This document shows, in pieces, positions 38,754 to 51,415 of a stretch of DNA of 64,000 bases. Positions within the stretch are counted from its first letter, which is position 1. Every line of letters starts with the position of its first letter. A program made the translations under genes and the position numbers. Source of the stretch: Eledone cirrhosa (Eukaryota); contig OZ024743.1 of NCBI GenBank assembly GCA_964016885.1, positions 366,172,001 to 366,236,000 on the forward strand, read 5' to 3'. Under the pieces are notes generated by a model, which was not told the DNA's origin, ran no database searches, and saw only the letters and a list, made by a program, of their open reading frames with translations.

Positions 38754-40302
38754 CTTTCTTTTTTAATGTCTTAAACAGATGATAAAAAGTCTGTGCTAAT
38801 GAACCTTTTCAGAGCCTCTGAGACTGCTTGAAGGAAGGAGGAAGGAGAAATTATTCTCAGACAAAAGGCTTATTCTGAATGCCTACAACAGACTGGGCTC
38901 TGCTAAAGACACCCAAGAGAGAGTAAGGTGATGGTGATAGCAATAAATTTGATGATGGAATAAGTCTACTACCAAAGATTAACCCTTTTGATATCAACCT
39001 GGACAATACTTGCTCTTATTCTCTAAATCAAAACCAGTCATTTTAAAGGGTTCTTATTTAAATTTAAATCATCCTACATAATTTGATATAAGAAGTATAT
39101 GTTGAGTTAATATCCCAGTAAATAAATATCATCATTTTACGTCATTTCTTCATGCTTGCATGGGTTGGACTGATGGTGATGATAATCAGTAGTAGTAGTA
39201 ATCTATAAAGGTAGGAAAAGCATATAACATAACAATAAGTCAGTAGAGGAGGTGGGTGGTTTCCAACAAGAAATGAATTATGAAATATATTTTGTGGCTA
39301 GAGCATAGGACATCACAAAAAACATTGCTGAAGTTGGTGAATGTAAAACATGTAAAGAGAAAAATTGCTTAGCTCAGCAGTTTTTTTGTCTTGTTTTTGT
39401 TTTTTTTTTCATTAGCATTGCTTGTACATTTGCTTTTCCTTACTGGCATGTGTTAGATGAGATTTAATCACTAGAGGCCAGCTAAACCTACACAGATGTG
39501 AGCTGTTACAACAACAAACTATAAGTTAGAGTGAGTGTGTAGAAGCTCCTTAATTATCTGTATATATTTATAGATTAAAGTTTGAGCAAGAGTCAGTATT
39601 TCAGTGGGGTTGATTAATAAAGATTTTTCTCACTTTAGAAATATCAACAGTGATAGAGAAGGATCAGTTAAAGGGGTTTCCTTTTTGAGGAAAGTTAGAG
39701 TAAATATAAGCTTGTGCAAAGCTGCTGTTAGACCCAATCCAGATGTTTCAGACTGTTCATTAAGTATTTTAGTAATCAGTGCCTAAATACATATGATTTA
39801 TATATAGTTTCTGGATATGAGTGTGTAAATGATACTTATACTATGGAACAGAGCTTGAGAGTATGACTCATCAAAATCATAAACCCATGTCAACTGGCCT
39901 ATTTGCCCCTACCCTCCCATCATGTTATGGCTTGGGCATAGAGTTGCAATGGACTGGGGTGCTTGTTAGCACATGTATGAATGTTTATATTAGTGTTGAT
40001 GACTCTGCATATATATATATATATTTGTATAGAAAAATATACATTAAACAGTGATGATGATGAATGATGAAATATATGTATTGTTTGGCAGGGGACATGT
40101 GTACAGGTTGACACAGTATTTGCTGAGGGGGAGTAAACTGATTGGAGCAATAACAGTGTTACTTACGCACGCGCGCACGAAAAATAAATAGCAAACAATA
40201 CAGTGTAATGAAAATATATATTAGTTTAGCACATGATATAATAGGAAAAGAGTCTTAGTATTTCAGATTATATACACACACTCACACACACACATACATA
40301 TA

Positions 40303-40785
40303 CTAGCTGGCGCCCGGCTAGGTATATCGGTATTTTATCTTTTCAGGAATCCCCCCTACACTCCAGTGCAAAGATACCGCACGCCCTCTCAAGTCTGTGA
40401 GGTTGGCATGTGGGGGTTAACGTGCTCTGATGTTGGGTTTGAATAGTTTTTAGGATTCCCCAGTTCAGCAGCCAGTACGTTAAAAGAAAATTGATAGTTA
40501 CAACAATAAAGGCTGAACAGAGAACAAATCTTTTAACAAACAATAATTTGTACAACCATAATGGAAATTCCAAGTAAGAGAAAATACATAAATTACATTG
40601 TTAGAGCCTCAGAGTATACAATCATTTTTGTTCGGCCCTCCGGAGCAAAGATGAGTAGACAAAAATACCCTCACTTTTTTACTTGGAAAAAGTTACATCT
40701 ATGTTGCAAATTTCGTGCTGTTTGGTCCAGCCGTTTGGCAAAAAGTTTGTTACATACATACGGCCGTCAGCTTTATATTATATAT
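40303..40785 (-). mobile_element. Non-autonomous Helitron (Lep1-like architecture)
   Basis: Minus strand starts ..TAATATAAAG..GTATGTATGT..AAACGGCTGGACC..GAAATTTG and ends in a GC-rich segment plus CTAG|T at 40303-40306. Confidence 0.65.
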
Positions 40786-40871
40786 ATATATATATATATG
40801 CAAACTTATGTGTATATATGTGCACACACACACACATATAATAGATAATATAAAAAGAGCCAAAGAAGATT

Positions 40872-41460
40872 ATGAATGTGGGTGAGAAGCTGCTAGAGTT
40901 GGTTGAAGACTTCCTGTATCTTGGAGCAAAGATTAGGAACACAGAGGAGGATGTAGTGGAGAGGAATAGCAAAGCTTGGGCGGTGTGCCACAGTTTGAGG
41001 TCAGTATGGAAGTTGGACCTTTGTAAAGACCTGAAGATTCATCTCTTTGTTGTTATAATGGAGTCTGTGCTGCTGTACAGGTCTGAGACTTGAATACTGA
41101 CCATGAGGTTCACTCAGATGGTGGATGGATGCTACACGAGGATGGCTCTGAACATTAATTAGTATGAACCGAGGATGAAGAACTCGGAGTTTTACGGGAA
41201 CCTCCTAAAAGTCAGCTCAAAAGTAACACAGGAGACAGGCTAGCTGGACAGGCTCACCAGTATTCAGAGCTGACACTGCATTCAGTGGTCCTGTGGGAGC
41301 CCCTATATGGACACGCTGGAAGAGGGAGATAGAGGATGAATATGTCGATGTCGTAAGGACAGACACTGATCTCCGAGAGACATGGGACATAGCAGTGATG
41401 ATGAAGGACGGAGACCGCTGGAGTGAACTCGTCCATGAATCTTGGGGATTTTACCCGCCC
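40872..41460 (+). pseudogene. RTE/RTE-X LINE RT C-terminal fragment
   Basis: LELVEDFLYLGAKI...KAWAVCHSLRSVWK...KIHLFVVIMESVLLYRSET*...DGCYTRM, with stops. Confidence 0.8.
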
Positions 41461-42587
41461 TAGAGATATATATGCATCAATTTCTGCATGTGTCTATATC
41501 TATGTCTGTGAGTGAACATTTTAAATAATGTCACATTAGTAGACTGTTAGAATTTGCACATATCTTTAATGTCTATATAATCATGTTTATATATATACAT
41601 ATGTCTGCCTATGTGTGCAGGAATTTTCTATTATTAATTGCTAGAAATGGTTGGGTGAGGGTGGTATTTTTACAGTTGTAACCTTTCATTTCAAATATTT
41701 CTATGAATATGTCACAAAGTATTTTAATATGATTATAACTTTCATATGACTTTAAAATTTTGTATGGATATTTAAAATATATCCAAATGCCTGCATGTGT
41801 ATATGTGTATCTAAGAGTTTCTATATAGGTGTTTGTGTTTGTGTGTGTGGGTGGGTGTAGCCAAAACCTAGAGTATGCAGAAGATATAATGGTACATAGC
41901 TACTGTTAGTTATCCATGTTTGCATATATTCACAACAGATGGACAAATTTATATACAGAATGGAGACAAAGGGGGATAGCTTCATTCAGTCAAAAACTAC
42001 AGAATGAAATGGAAAGCTTGATAAGTTACATAGATAAGAGCAGTATTGGATAAGAACAACTGACACCACCATAGGGAGACCTTTGCTTTGCTGTGGGTTG
42101 ATAAGGACTGAAAAAGATGATAGTGACAATGATGATCTATCTTTGCAGGTATTGAATTTGTTAGTATGGGTGTGTTTTGTATTTAATCTAGAAGTGAGAT
42201 GGCTCAATGCATGTCATATTGGACTATCTATTCATATATACTGTTGTGTTTCTGTTAATCCTAACCAGAAGGGAATTTATCTAGTATCTGCTTAACATGA
42301 GACTTTTAGCTAAGACCCTATCTCTTAAAAGGCTCTCGGACTTAATATGTACACACTCACAGCAAAAACAAACAGAGAGAGTGAGTGAGAAAGAAACTCA
42401 TACTCTGTGGGTTCAGTGAATAGATGCATGTGATGTAATAACTAATGAATGACTGCAGGGGATTCAATCTATCAGAAAGTATTCTATCAATTCTTGGCTG
42501 CTGAGCTAATGACTGGTGTGGCCCTGTCTTCCAGAATGTAGAAACTGTCAGTGTGTGTTTGTTGCTGAAATCAAGAGAAAATATTAA

Positions 42588-42776
42588 CCCTTTCGGTATC
42601 CTGAAGTTGCCCCTGGTTCTATGATACAAAGCTGTTTGCTTTTAAGTTATCTAAAAAAAAACTTCCATCAAAACTCCAGCTTAACAATGAAAAAGTTACT
42701 AAATCTATTTAAAATTCTTAATTATTTTCAAAATGATTTAGAAATAATAGACATTAGGAATATGGCAACAAGAGGG
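42588..42776. mobile_element. piggyBac-type MITE
   Basis: TTAA|CCCTTT...AGAGGG|TTAA. Confidence 0.65.
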
Positions 42777-42849
42777 TTAAAGACTGGATCGAGTTTTTTT
42801 TAGCATGGGCAGATCTTTCTAATACTGGGCTGGTGTACTCAGCTTTGGA

Positions 42850-45800
42850 GCTAGATCAGTTGGACATGGGCTCTACAAACTTACACTCCATCTTGTATTC
42901 GAGAGCTTGCTGAAGATATTAGAATGCATCAAACATTTAAAGGCCACTTCCTCTGTAAAAGGAGAGGCTAGCTTTCATCTCCCGTAGCTCTTGCTGAATC
43001 TAGAAGCATCAAGAAATCTACTGAATCTGCCACTCATGAAGTAATTGCCATTGGTGTATCAGAAGACATAACTGATCTTCAGGCATTTGCTGGTAACTTG
43101 TCCAAGGACCTAGACTGTGTTCCTCCAAAAAGAGCTCTCTGCCTTGGTCAACCAGGTCCCAAACCCAGACTAATTAGGCTGTCATTTGCAAGCTCTACTG
43201 AGGCACATGCATACCATTTAGCCTCTGATAAGACTAGACGTGAAAAATCAAATCTCTTTTCGAACTCCTCCTGGCTTACCAATTGATATACGCCCAAAGC
43301 TACATGCTGTAGTTTCCTTAAATCACAACTCAATACCACATGAAAGTTTTAGCCTACCCAATGATGGGCCGATATGGAAATTAGTTAAGTCTAGTGAGGC
43401 ATGGAAAAAGGATACCAGCTGGCAATGAAAAAGCTGTAGGAAACTAAAAAAGAACAACCCGCCATCCCCTATATATCATCATAAGCTGAAATCCAGATGC
43501 AAATTATTGTCCTTAAATGCTTGTAGTTTATGCAACAAGATCCATCTTTTTGGTTCTTACATCAAAAGTATCGACCCCTATTTCATTACAGTGACGGAAA
43601 CATGAGTGCATTCTTTATTCTGTGATGATGTTTTTAGCATAGCTGGCTACAGCTTGTTTCACGAAGACTGCATTAATCGTGGTGGTGGTGGTGGTGTGAT
43701 AGTCTACGTTTGTTCAAACTTTTCAGCAGTTCCTTGCGATGATTTGAACCAATCACAACTAGAAATATTTTTCTGCGATAAACGTATCACCATGTCAACA
43801 CTTCTAGTTAGAATTGTTTACACCACCACCACCCCATCCCCAAATTACCATCAAGACACAGATTTTTGATATCCTCAGATTGTTGCCAGGAAAAAAGCCA
43901 CTTATATTTTCATTGCAGGCAACTTTAATTACTCTGAGATTGATTGGGAAACATTTTATTGGCTGCAAAGTGCAAATGATTTCCTTGAACTAGTGGTGGA
44001 TTCGAACTGCTCCAAAGTTGTCACCTCCCCAATAAGAGGTAACAATGCTTTGAATATGCTCTTTACCACTACTCCTGAAACAGTTATTAGTGTCACCACT
44101 GAGGAACCTTTAGGTGACTCAGATCATGTTATGATCATTGTAAATCTGTCTCATATAGGCAGTAACAAAAACTACAACCATCTCCAAACTGTTCACTTAG
44201 ACTGGAATAAAGGAGACTGGAATTCTTACTGTACTGAGCTACAATACCCAAACTGGCTTGAATTTTACAACTCTGGAGATGTGAATACTATACTTCACAT
44301 CCTGAATTCAATATGGACAGCATGTACCACATAAGCACAAAAAAATATCCCAAAAGTGCCATTTGAGAGACTGGGTCAGTCCAACTTGCCAGGAATGAAC
44401 ATTGTGATGCTGAACAGGAATACAGAATACATACAGAATCAAAGGTTAATAGAAAAAAGTTCAATAGATAATCTAAACATCTCAAACAGATGGCAAAAAA
44501 GGCAGTGCTTGAATTTGAACAGCATGTTCCAACCCTGACAGCAATGTGTTCTAGAAATATATACGTTCAAAGCAGAGACCTCAGTTTCCATTTGGCCCTC
44601 TTCATAATCCTCACACAAGCCAGATTACTGACAATCTCAAAGAATGTGAAGAACTTATTGCTGAATGCTATGCAGGCATTTTTACTGTTGAAAATCAAAA
44701 TGTACCATCTCCACCACCTCTGACATCAAATTCTATAGTAACTATGGAATTTACACCTACAATGTCACCTTAATAAGTGCAACTATGCCTCTTCTGGACT
44801 TGATGGTGTGACGTACCTGCTTTTCAAACGTGGGTGGGGGGTACTTTCTTCTGCACCAGCTTTCACTCGTAATTTAGATTTATCCCTAACTCCAGCTGCT
44901 GTGATCAACTCATCAAGTTTCTTGAAGACATTCCCCAGATCACTGATGGCGGCTCATGTGTGGATGTTGTTTATCTTGACTTTGTTAAACCTTTTAATTC
45001 TGTGCCACGCAAAAGACTTATGGCAAAACTCTCTGCAATGGGTGTGAGAGATGATCCTTATAACTGATTGAAGTCCTTCAATCTCAGTCTAAAAGAGGTA
45101 ATCATGGTTCTAGGACAGCATTCTTCACTCTATGGGATGACATCTGATGTACCACAGGGATCTGTTCTTGGTCTCCTTTTGTTTGTTGCATATATTAATG
45201 ATATAGATGCCAACTTAAAGAATGCCACAGTACTGAAATAGACAGATGACATCAAGCCATACCTTGAGATAAATAGGACAGATCCAATATACTGTAAATC
45301 TTTCCAGCAATCAGACCTGGACACAATGCAGTAATGGATCACAGACTGGAAACTCAAGCTGATTGTGGACAAGTGTACCACCATGCATTTTTCGAGGAAA
45401 ACCCAGCGTTCACACACTCCACAACACCAATTTCAAGAAGTCTTCTTGTGAATGTGACCTAGGCATTATTGTCAACAGTGATTTGTGTTGGACAAAACAC
45501 ATCTCTAAAATTGTCAAGAAGGCCGAGGGTGTCTTAACATCACTCAGTAAGACCTTTGTCAGCTGCTCTCCGGCTATCTATTTAAAGCTGTATATAACTA
45601 TAGTGCGTCCACACTTAGAATTTGCATCACCAGTCTGGATCCCCTATTTTACTCAGAACAGTGATCTCCTGGAAACTGTTCAGACATACAACCAAACAAA
45701 TACCCTCCATCAGGCATCTAACATACTCTGAATGCCATGTTTCCCTGGGCATGGATACATTAAAGCTCCAACATCTGGCAGCTGACTTCGTAGACACCCA

Positions 45801-46207
45801 CAAGATTATTAACTATCTTTCCAACAACAACCCTGAGCACCTTTTTTAATTCTGTATGTATAACACCCATGGACATGATTACTAAATCAGAAAACAGTAC
45901 AACTTTCGGAAACATGTTTTCACACTCGGAGTTGTTTAAGCATGGAACAATCTACCTGCATCAGTTGTTAGCTGTCAGGACACTGCATCCTTCAAAACTT
46001 CCATGCTTCCCTAAATTTGCCAACACTAGACCTGATATTCCCCCTCAATACACATGCATGCATTTGTGTGTGTGTCTGTGTATATATCATGACTCATACA
46101 CTGTTTACTTTCCTGACATTTGTACATTATTCTATGTACTATACATGCACCTTTGATGAGTTGTAGTGCACCTGAGCACTGTACACAATAATTTTCATTA
46201 TTATTAT
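42850..46207 (+). mobile_element. Decayed near-full-length CR1-clade LINE (ORF1 remnant, APE, RT, 3' UTR)
   Basis: ORF1-like LGQPGPKPRLIRLSF; APE motifs (VTET*, GYSLF..D..RGGGGGV..YV, AGNFN...IDW, SDH); RT motifs (DVVYLDF, VPQGSVLG, IVRPHLEFASPVW); 3' hairpin and (ATT)n tail; many stops and frameshifts. Confidence 0.88.
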
Positions 46208-46909
46208 ATAATATTGTTGTTAACCCTTACTTTCCAATATATGATGAAGAAAAAGAAAATATAGCATGTATCCTTCTCCCCATAAAGAAATATGGATTCT
46301 GATTTAGACATACCTTCTATAAACTATATTCTCGTTCATCTTGATAAATTGTTTTGAAGCACACACACATACATTTATATATGTGTATATATACATACGC
46401 ACACACATATATATAGATGTGATTATACATATGTATATATATACACACACATATATCTTTGTCACTCTCTCTTAGTATATTAAGAAAGAGGGAGTGAGTT
46501 TGCTATTTATCTGATTATAGTAGTTTACTAAATAAATAATTTTGGTTCAATAATTTGTGAACAGGTTTTTCAACCTACAAATCAAAACTGATTGCCTCTT
46601 TTTATGTATTTATCTTATTTTTTTAAATATTCATTTATTTATATATTATGTTCATTATTATACATTTACTTTTGTTTTATGTGCATATGTGTGTGTGTAT
46701 GTATGTTTATATATGTATGTGTGTATATACATATATACACACGTGTGTGTGTGTGTATGTTTATTTATGTGTATGTATGTTTATATATGTATGTGTGTAT
46801 ATACATATATACACACGTGTGTGTGTATGTGTATGTGTATGTTTATATGTATGTATGTATATACAAATATACACACGTGTGTGTGTGTGTGTGTGTATGT
46901 GTATGTTTA

Positions 46910-46954
<45 letters not shown>

Positions 46955-47004
46955 ATGTTTATGTATGTATATATGTGTGTGATGTGTGTGTATATATATA
47001 TATA

Positions 47005-47205
47005 CTCAGGCTAAATAGCGAACCTTGTTACTCTGGAGTTTCACCTGTTTATCATGGGGTCATCAAACAACTTCTTGTCTGATGATCCTGTAATAAACAG
47101 GTGAAACTCCAGAGTAACAAGACTCACTGTTTCACCTTAATAAAATGAATATCAAAACTCTACTTAGGTATTGAGTATTATTTTTTATCAGTTGTCAACT
47201 GCATA
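47005..47205 (+). mobile_element. Fold-back cassette in (TA)n carrying two hammerhead motifs on opposite strands
   Basis: 47008-47070 is the approximate reverse complement of 47075-47137; followed by AATAAA and the tail ACTCTACTTAGGTATTGAGTA. Confidence 0.8.
47073..47122 (+). ncRNA. Type I hammerhead ribozyme, core nucleotides intact
   Basis: Helix I TCTTGT(47073-78)/ACAAGA(47117-22); CTGATGA 47079-85; helix II CCTGT-aataa-ACAGG closed by T.T; GAAA 47103-06; helix III ACTC-ca-GAGT; predicted cleavage after GTA (47116). Confidence 0.75.
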
Positions 47206-47206
47206 T

Positions 47207-47270
<64 letters not shown>

Positions 47271-47274
<4 letters not shown>

Positions 47275-47862
47275 TCATCAATTTACGTCCGCTTTTCCCT
47301 GCTTGCAAGGGTGGGACGGGTCTTATTCAGCACAGCATCTCTCCACTCGTCACGGTCCCTCGTCATCTCCACCGTGAGCTTCAATGATCTGAGGTCTGTT
47401 CTCACCACCTCCGCCCATGTTTTTCGTGGTCTACCTCTACCACGTCTTCCTTCAACTGGCATTTCCTGGCACTTCTTCACCCATCGGTCATTCTCCATGC
47501 GCATCACATGTCCATACCACCTCAGTCTCCTCTCCCGTACACTACATTCTATCCCTCTCAGACACAGTTTCTCTCTCAACACATTTATGCTGGGTCGTTC
47601 ACGCACATTTACACTGCACATCCAATGGAGCATGCTTGCCTCATTTCTCTCCAGCCGTCGCATATCCTCTGCGGTTGCTGCCCATGTCTCACTACCATGC
47701 AGCATCGCGCTCCTCACACAGGCATCATACAACCGGCCTTTCGTACGCAGGGAGAAACCCTTCTTCATCAACAGAGGAAGCAGCTCCCTAAACTTCTTCC
47801 AACCCGTCCTTATTCTAGATACTATGGCCTCGGAACACCCTCCTCCCATGCTAATCTGATCT
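47271..47862 (-). pseudogene. RTE LINE RT C-terminal fragment with (GAT)n tail
   Basis: [27 protein letters not shown]...[17 protein letters not shown]...[12 protein letters not shown]...RGRPRKTW. Confidence 0.92.
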
Positions 47863-47891
47863 CTTACACACATACATATATATATATATAT

Positions 47892-48434
47892 GGAGGCACA
47901 TGGCTTAGTGGTTAGAGCATTGGCCTTGCAATCGAAAGGTTGTGAGTTCAATTCTCAGACCGGGTGATGTGTTGTTTCCTTGAGCAAGACACTTTATTTT
48001 ACATTGCTCCAGTTTACTCAGCTGTAGAAATGAGTGCAAAGGGGTCTCTATCATTCCACTGCAAAGTGTTCGTGGAGGTGCCACGGCAAAAAAGCACACA
48101 GCACTCACTGTAAATGAGGTTGGTGTTAGGAAGGGCATCCAGCTGTAGAAATCAAGCCAGAATCAGTTCCCGTCCCACCCTTGCAAGCAGGGGGAAAAAG
48201 CGGACGTAAAATGATGATGATGATGATATATATATATATATATATAAAGGCACTCAGTCCACACTGTAAATGTGGTTGGTTTTAGGAAGGGCATCCAGCC
48301 GTAGAAAACCTGCCAGATGCAGTTCTGTATGAGCAAGACACAGTCACCCGCCCAATCTTGCCTCAAGTGGGACAAACCCGTCCAACCCATGCTAGCGTGG
48401 CAGATGGACGTTAAACGATGATGATGATGATGAT
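47892..48434 (+). mobile_element. SINE family A with RTE tail, followed by a second RTE 3'-UTR fragment
   Basis: Same as 29263-29606, then a second GGAAGGGCATCCAGCC..CCCATGCTAGCGTGG..(GAT)n unit. Confidence 0.85.
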
Positions 48435-49059
48435 AAATGTGAATATATATATATTACATGTATTTATATTTATGTGTATGTATGTTTGTGTATATATGTA
48501 TGTATATATCTATTTGGGTGTATGTATATTTGCTGATAAATCTACAATTTGTAAGTTCAGTTTTTATTGAATTAGTAGTATTGAGTCAGCAGCAATATCA
48601 AGACCTCATTAAAAAGAAAAAAGGAAGAAAAATATCTTGTGAGCTAAAAACTTGAAACATTACTTGGTAAATAGAGAATTACAGTTTGATTCTCTTAATA
48701 TGATTCGTTTGTGTGTGTAATGGAATGTATATGTGATTATGCATGTATGTAAACTGGTTTGTGTTTAAGTATGTAAGCATGTGTGTATTTATATGTGTAT
48801 GTACGTGAGTTTATATTAATGTGTGTGTACATATGTGTATGTGTGTGTGTGTGTGTGTAAGCATGTTTTTTTTTTTTATATTAATCATATATTTTAAGAT
48901 GATTAAATTCCATCTATTTTTATTTTTCCATATAAATGATTTCAAAAGACACTGCTGATTGCCAAAGCAGTGATGGAATCATTATTTAGCAAGATGTGTA
49001 TATAAAATAACAAGTACCTGTTTGGACTTGTATTACAGCAGGTGGAACTTATATCATAC

Positions 49060-50677
<1,618 letters not shown>

Positions 50678-50678
50678 T

Positions 50679-51137
50679 GGAGGCATGTGGCTTAGTGGTT
50701 AGAGCATTGGCTTTGCAATCGAAAGGTTGTGAGTTCAATTCTCAGACCGGGTGATGTGTTGTTTCCTTGAGCAAAGGCACTGCACAAAGCCAGTCCCACT
50801 CTCTTAACCAAGATGATATTTACCAAAAAGAAGAACAAGTCAACATCATTGGATACCATCAGGGTTGCAGGTGTTATATCAGAGTTTTCCTTCTCCTAGA
50901 ATTCTGCCTTGACAAAGGCTAAGGGGTCATCTCTCCCAGTGATTTTGGATGGCCATTGACTCTTAAGAGCTCCTTTGCCCTTTGACAGGTTTTGTTTTTA
51001 GTCCTGCAGGATGTCCAAAGTCACCCTCCTAACCAAGAAACCTTAGTGGGGTTGCCAGTTTAGTCGCCAACGACCCGACCATGAGACAGGTTGTACTGGG
51101 ATACATGTTACCAGTAGCACCAAGTGGTGACCTGACA
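50679..51137. mobile_element. Chimera of a SINE A head (+) joined to an RTE-type 5'-UTR segment (-)
   Basis: The SINE ends at CCTTGAGCAA; ~50768-50937 is the reverse complement of 59165-59330; a related segment lies at 28795-28890. Confidence 0.7.
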
Positions 51138-51189
51138 TAATATATATACATACATATATATATACATACATACATATATATATACATAC

Positions 51190-51222
<33 letters not shown>

Positions 51223-51324
51223 CATATATGTACATACATATATATATATATGTGTGTATGTATATATATATACATATATATATACATATATTATATATAT
51301 ACATATATATATACATATATTATA

Positions 51325-51398
<74 letters not shown>

Positions 51399-51415
51399 CA
51401 TATATATATACATAC

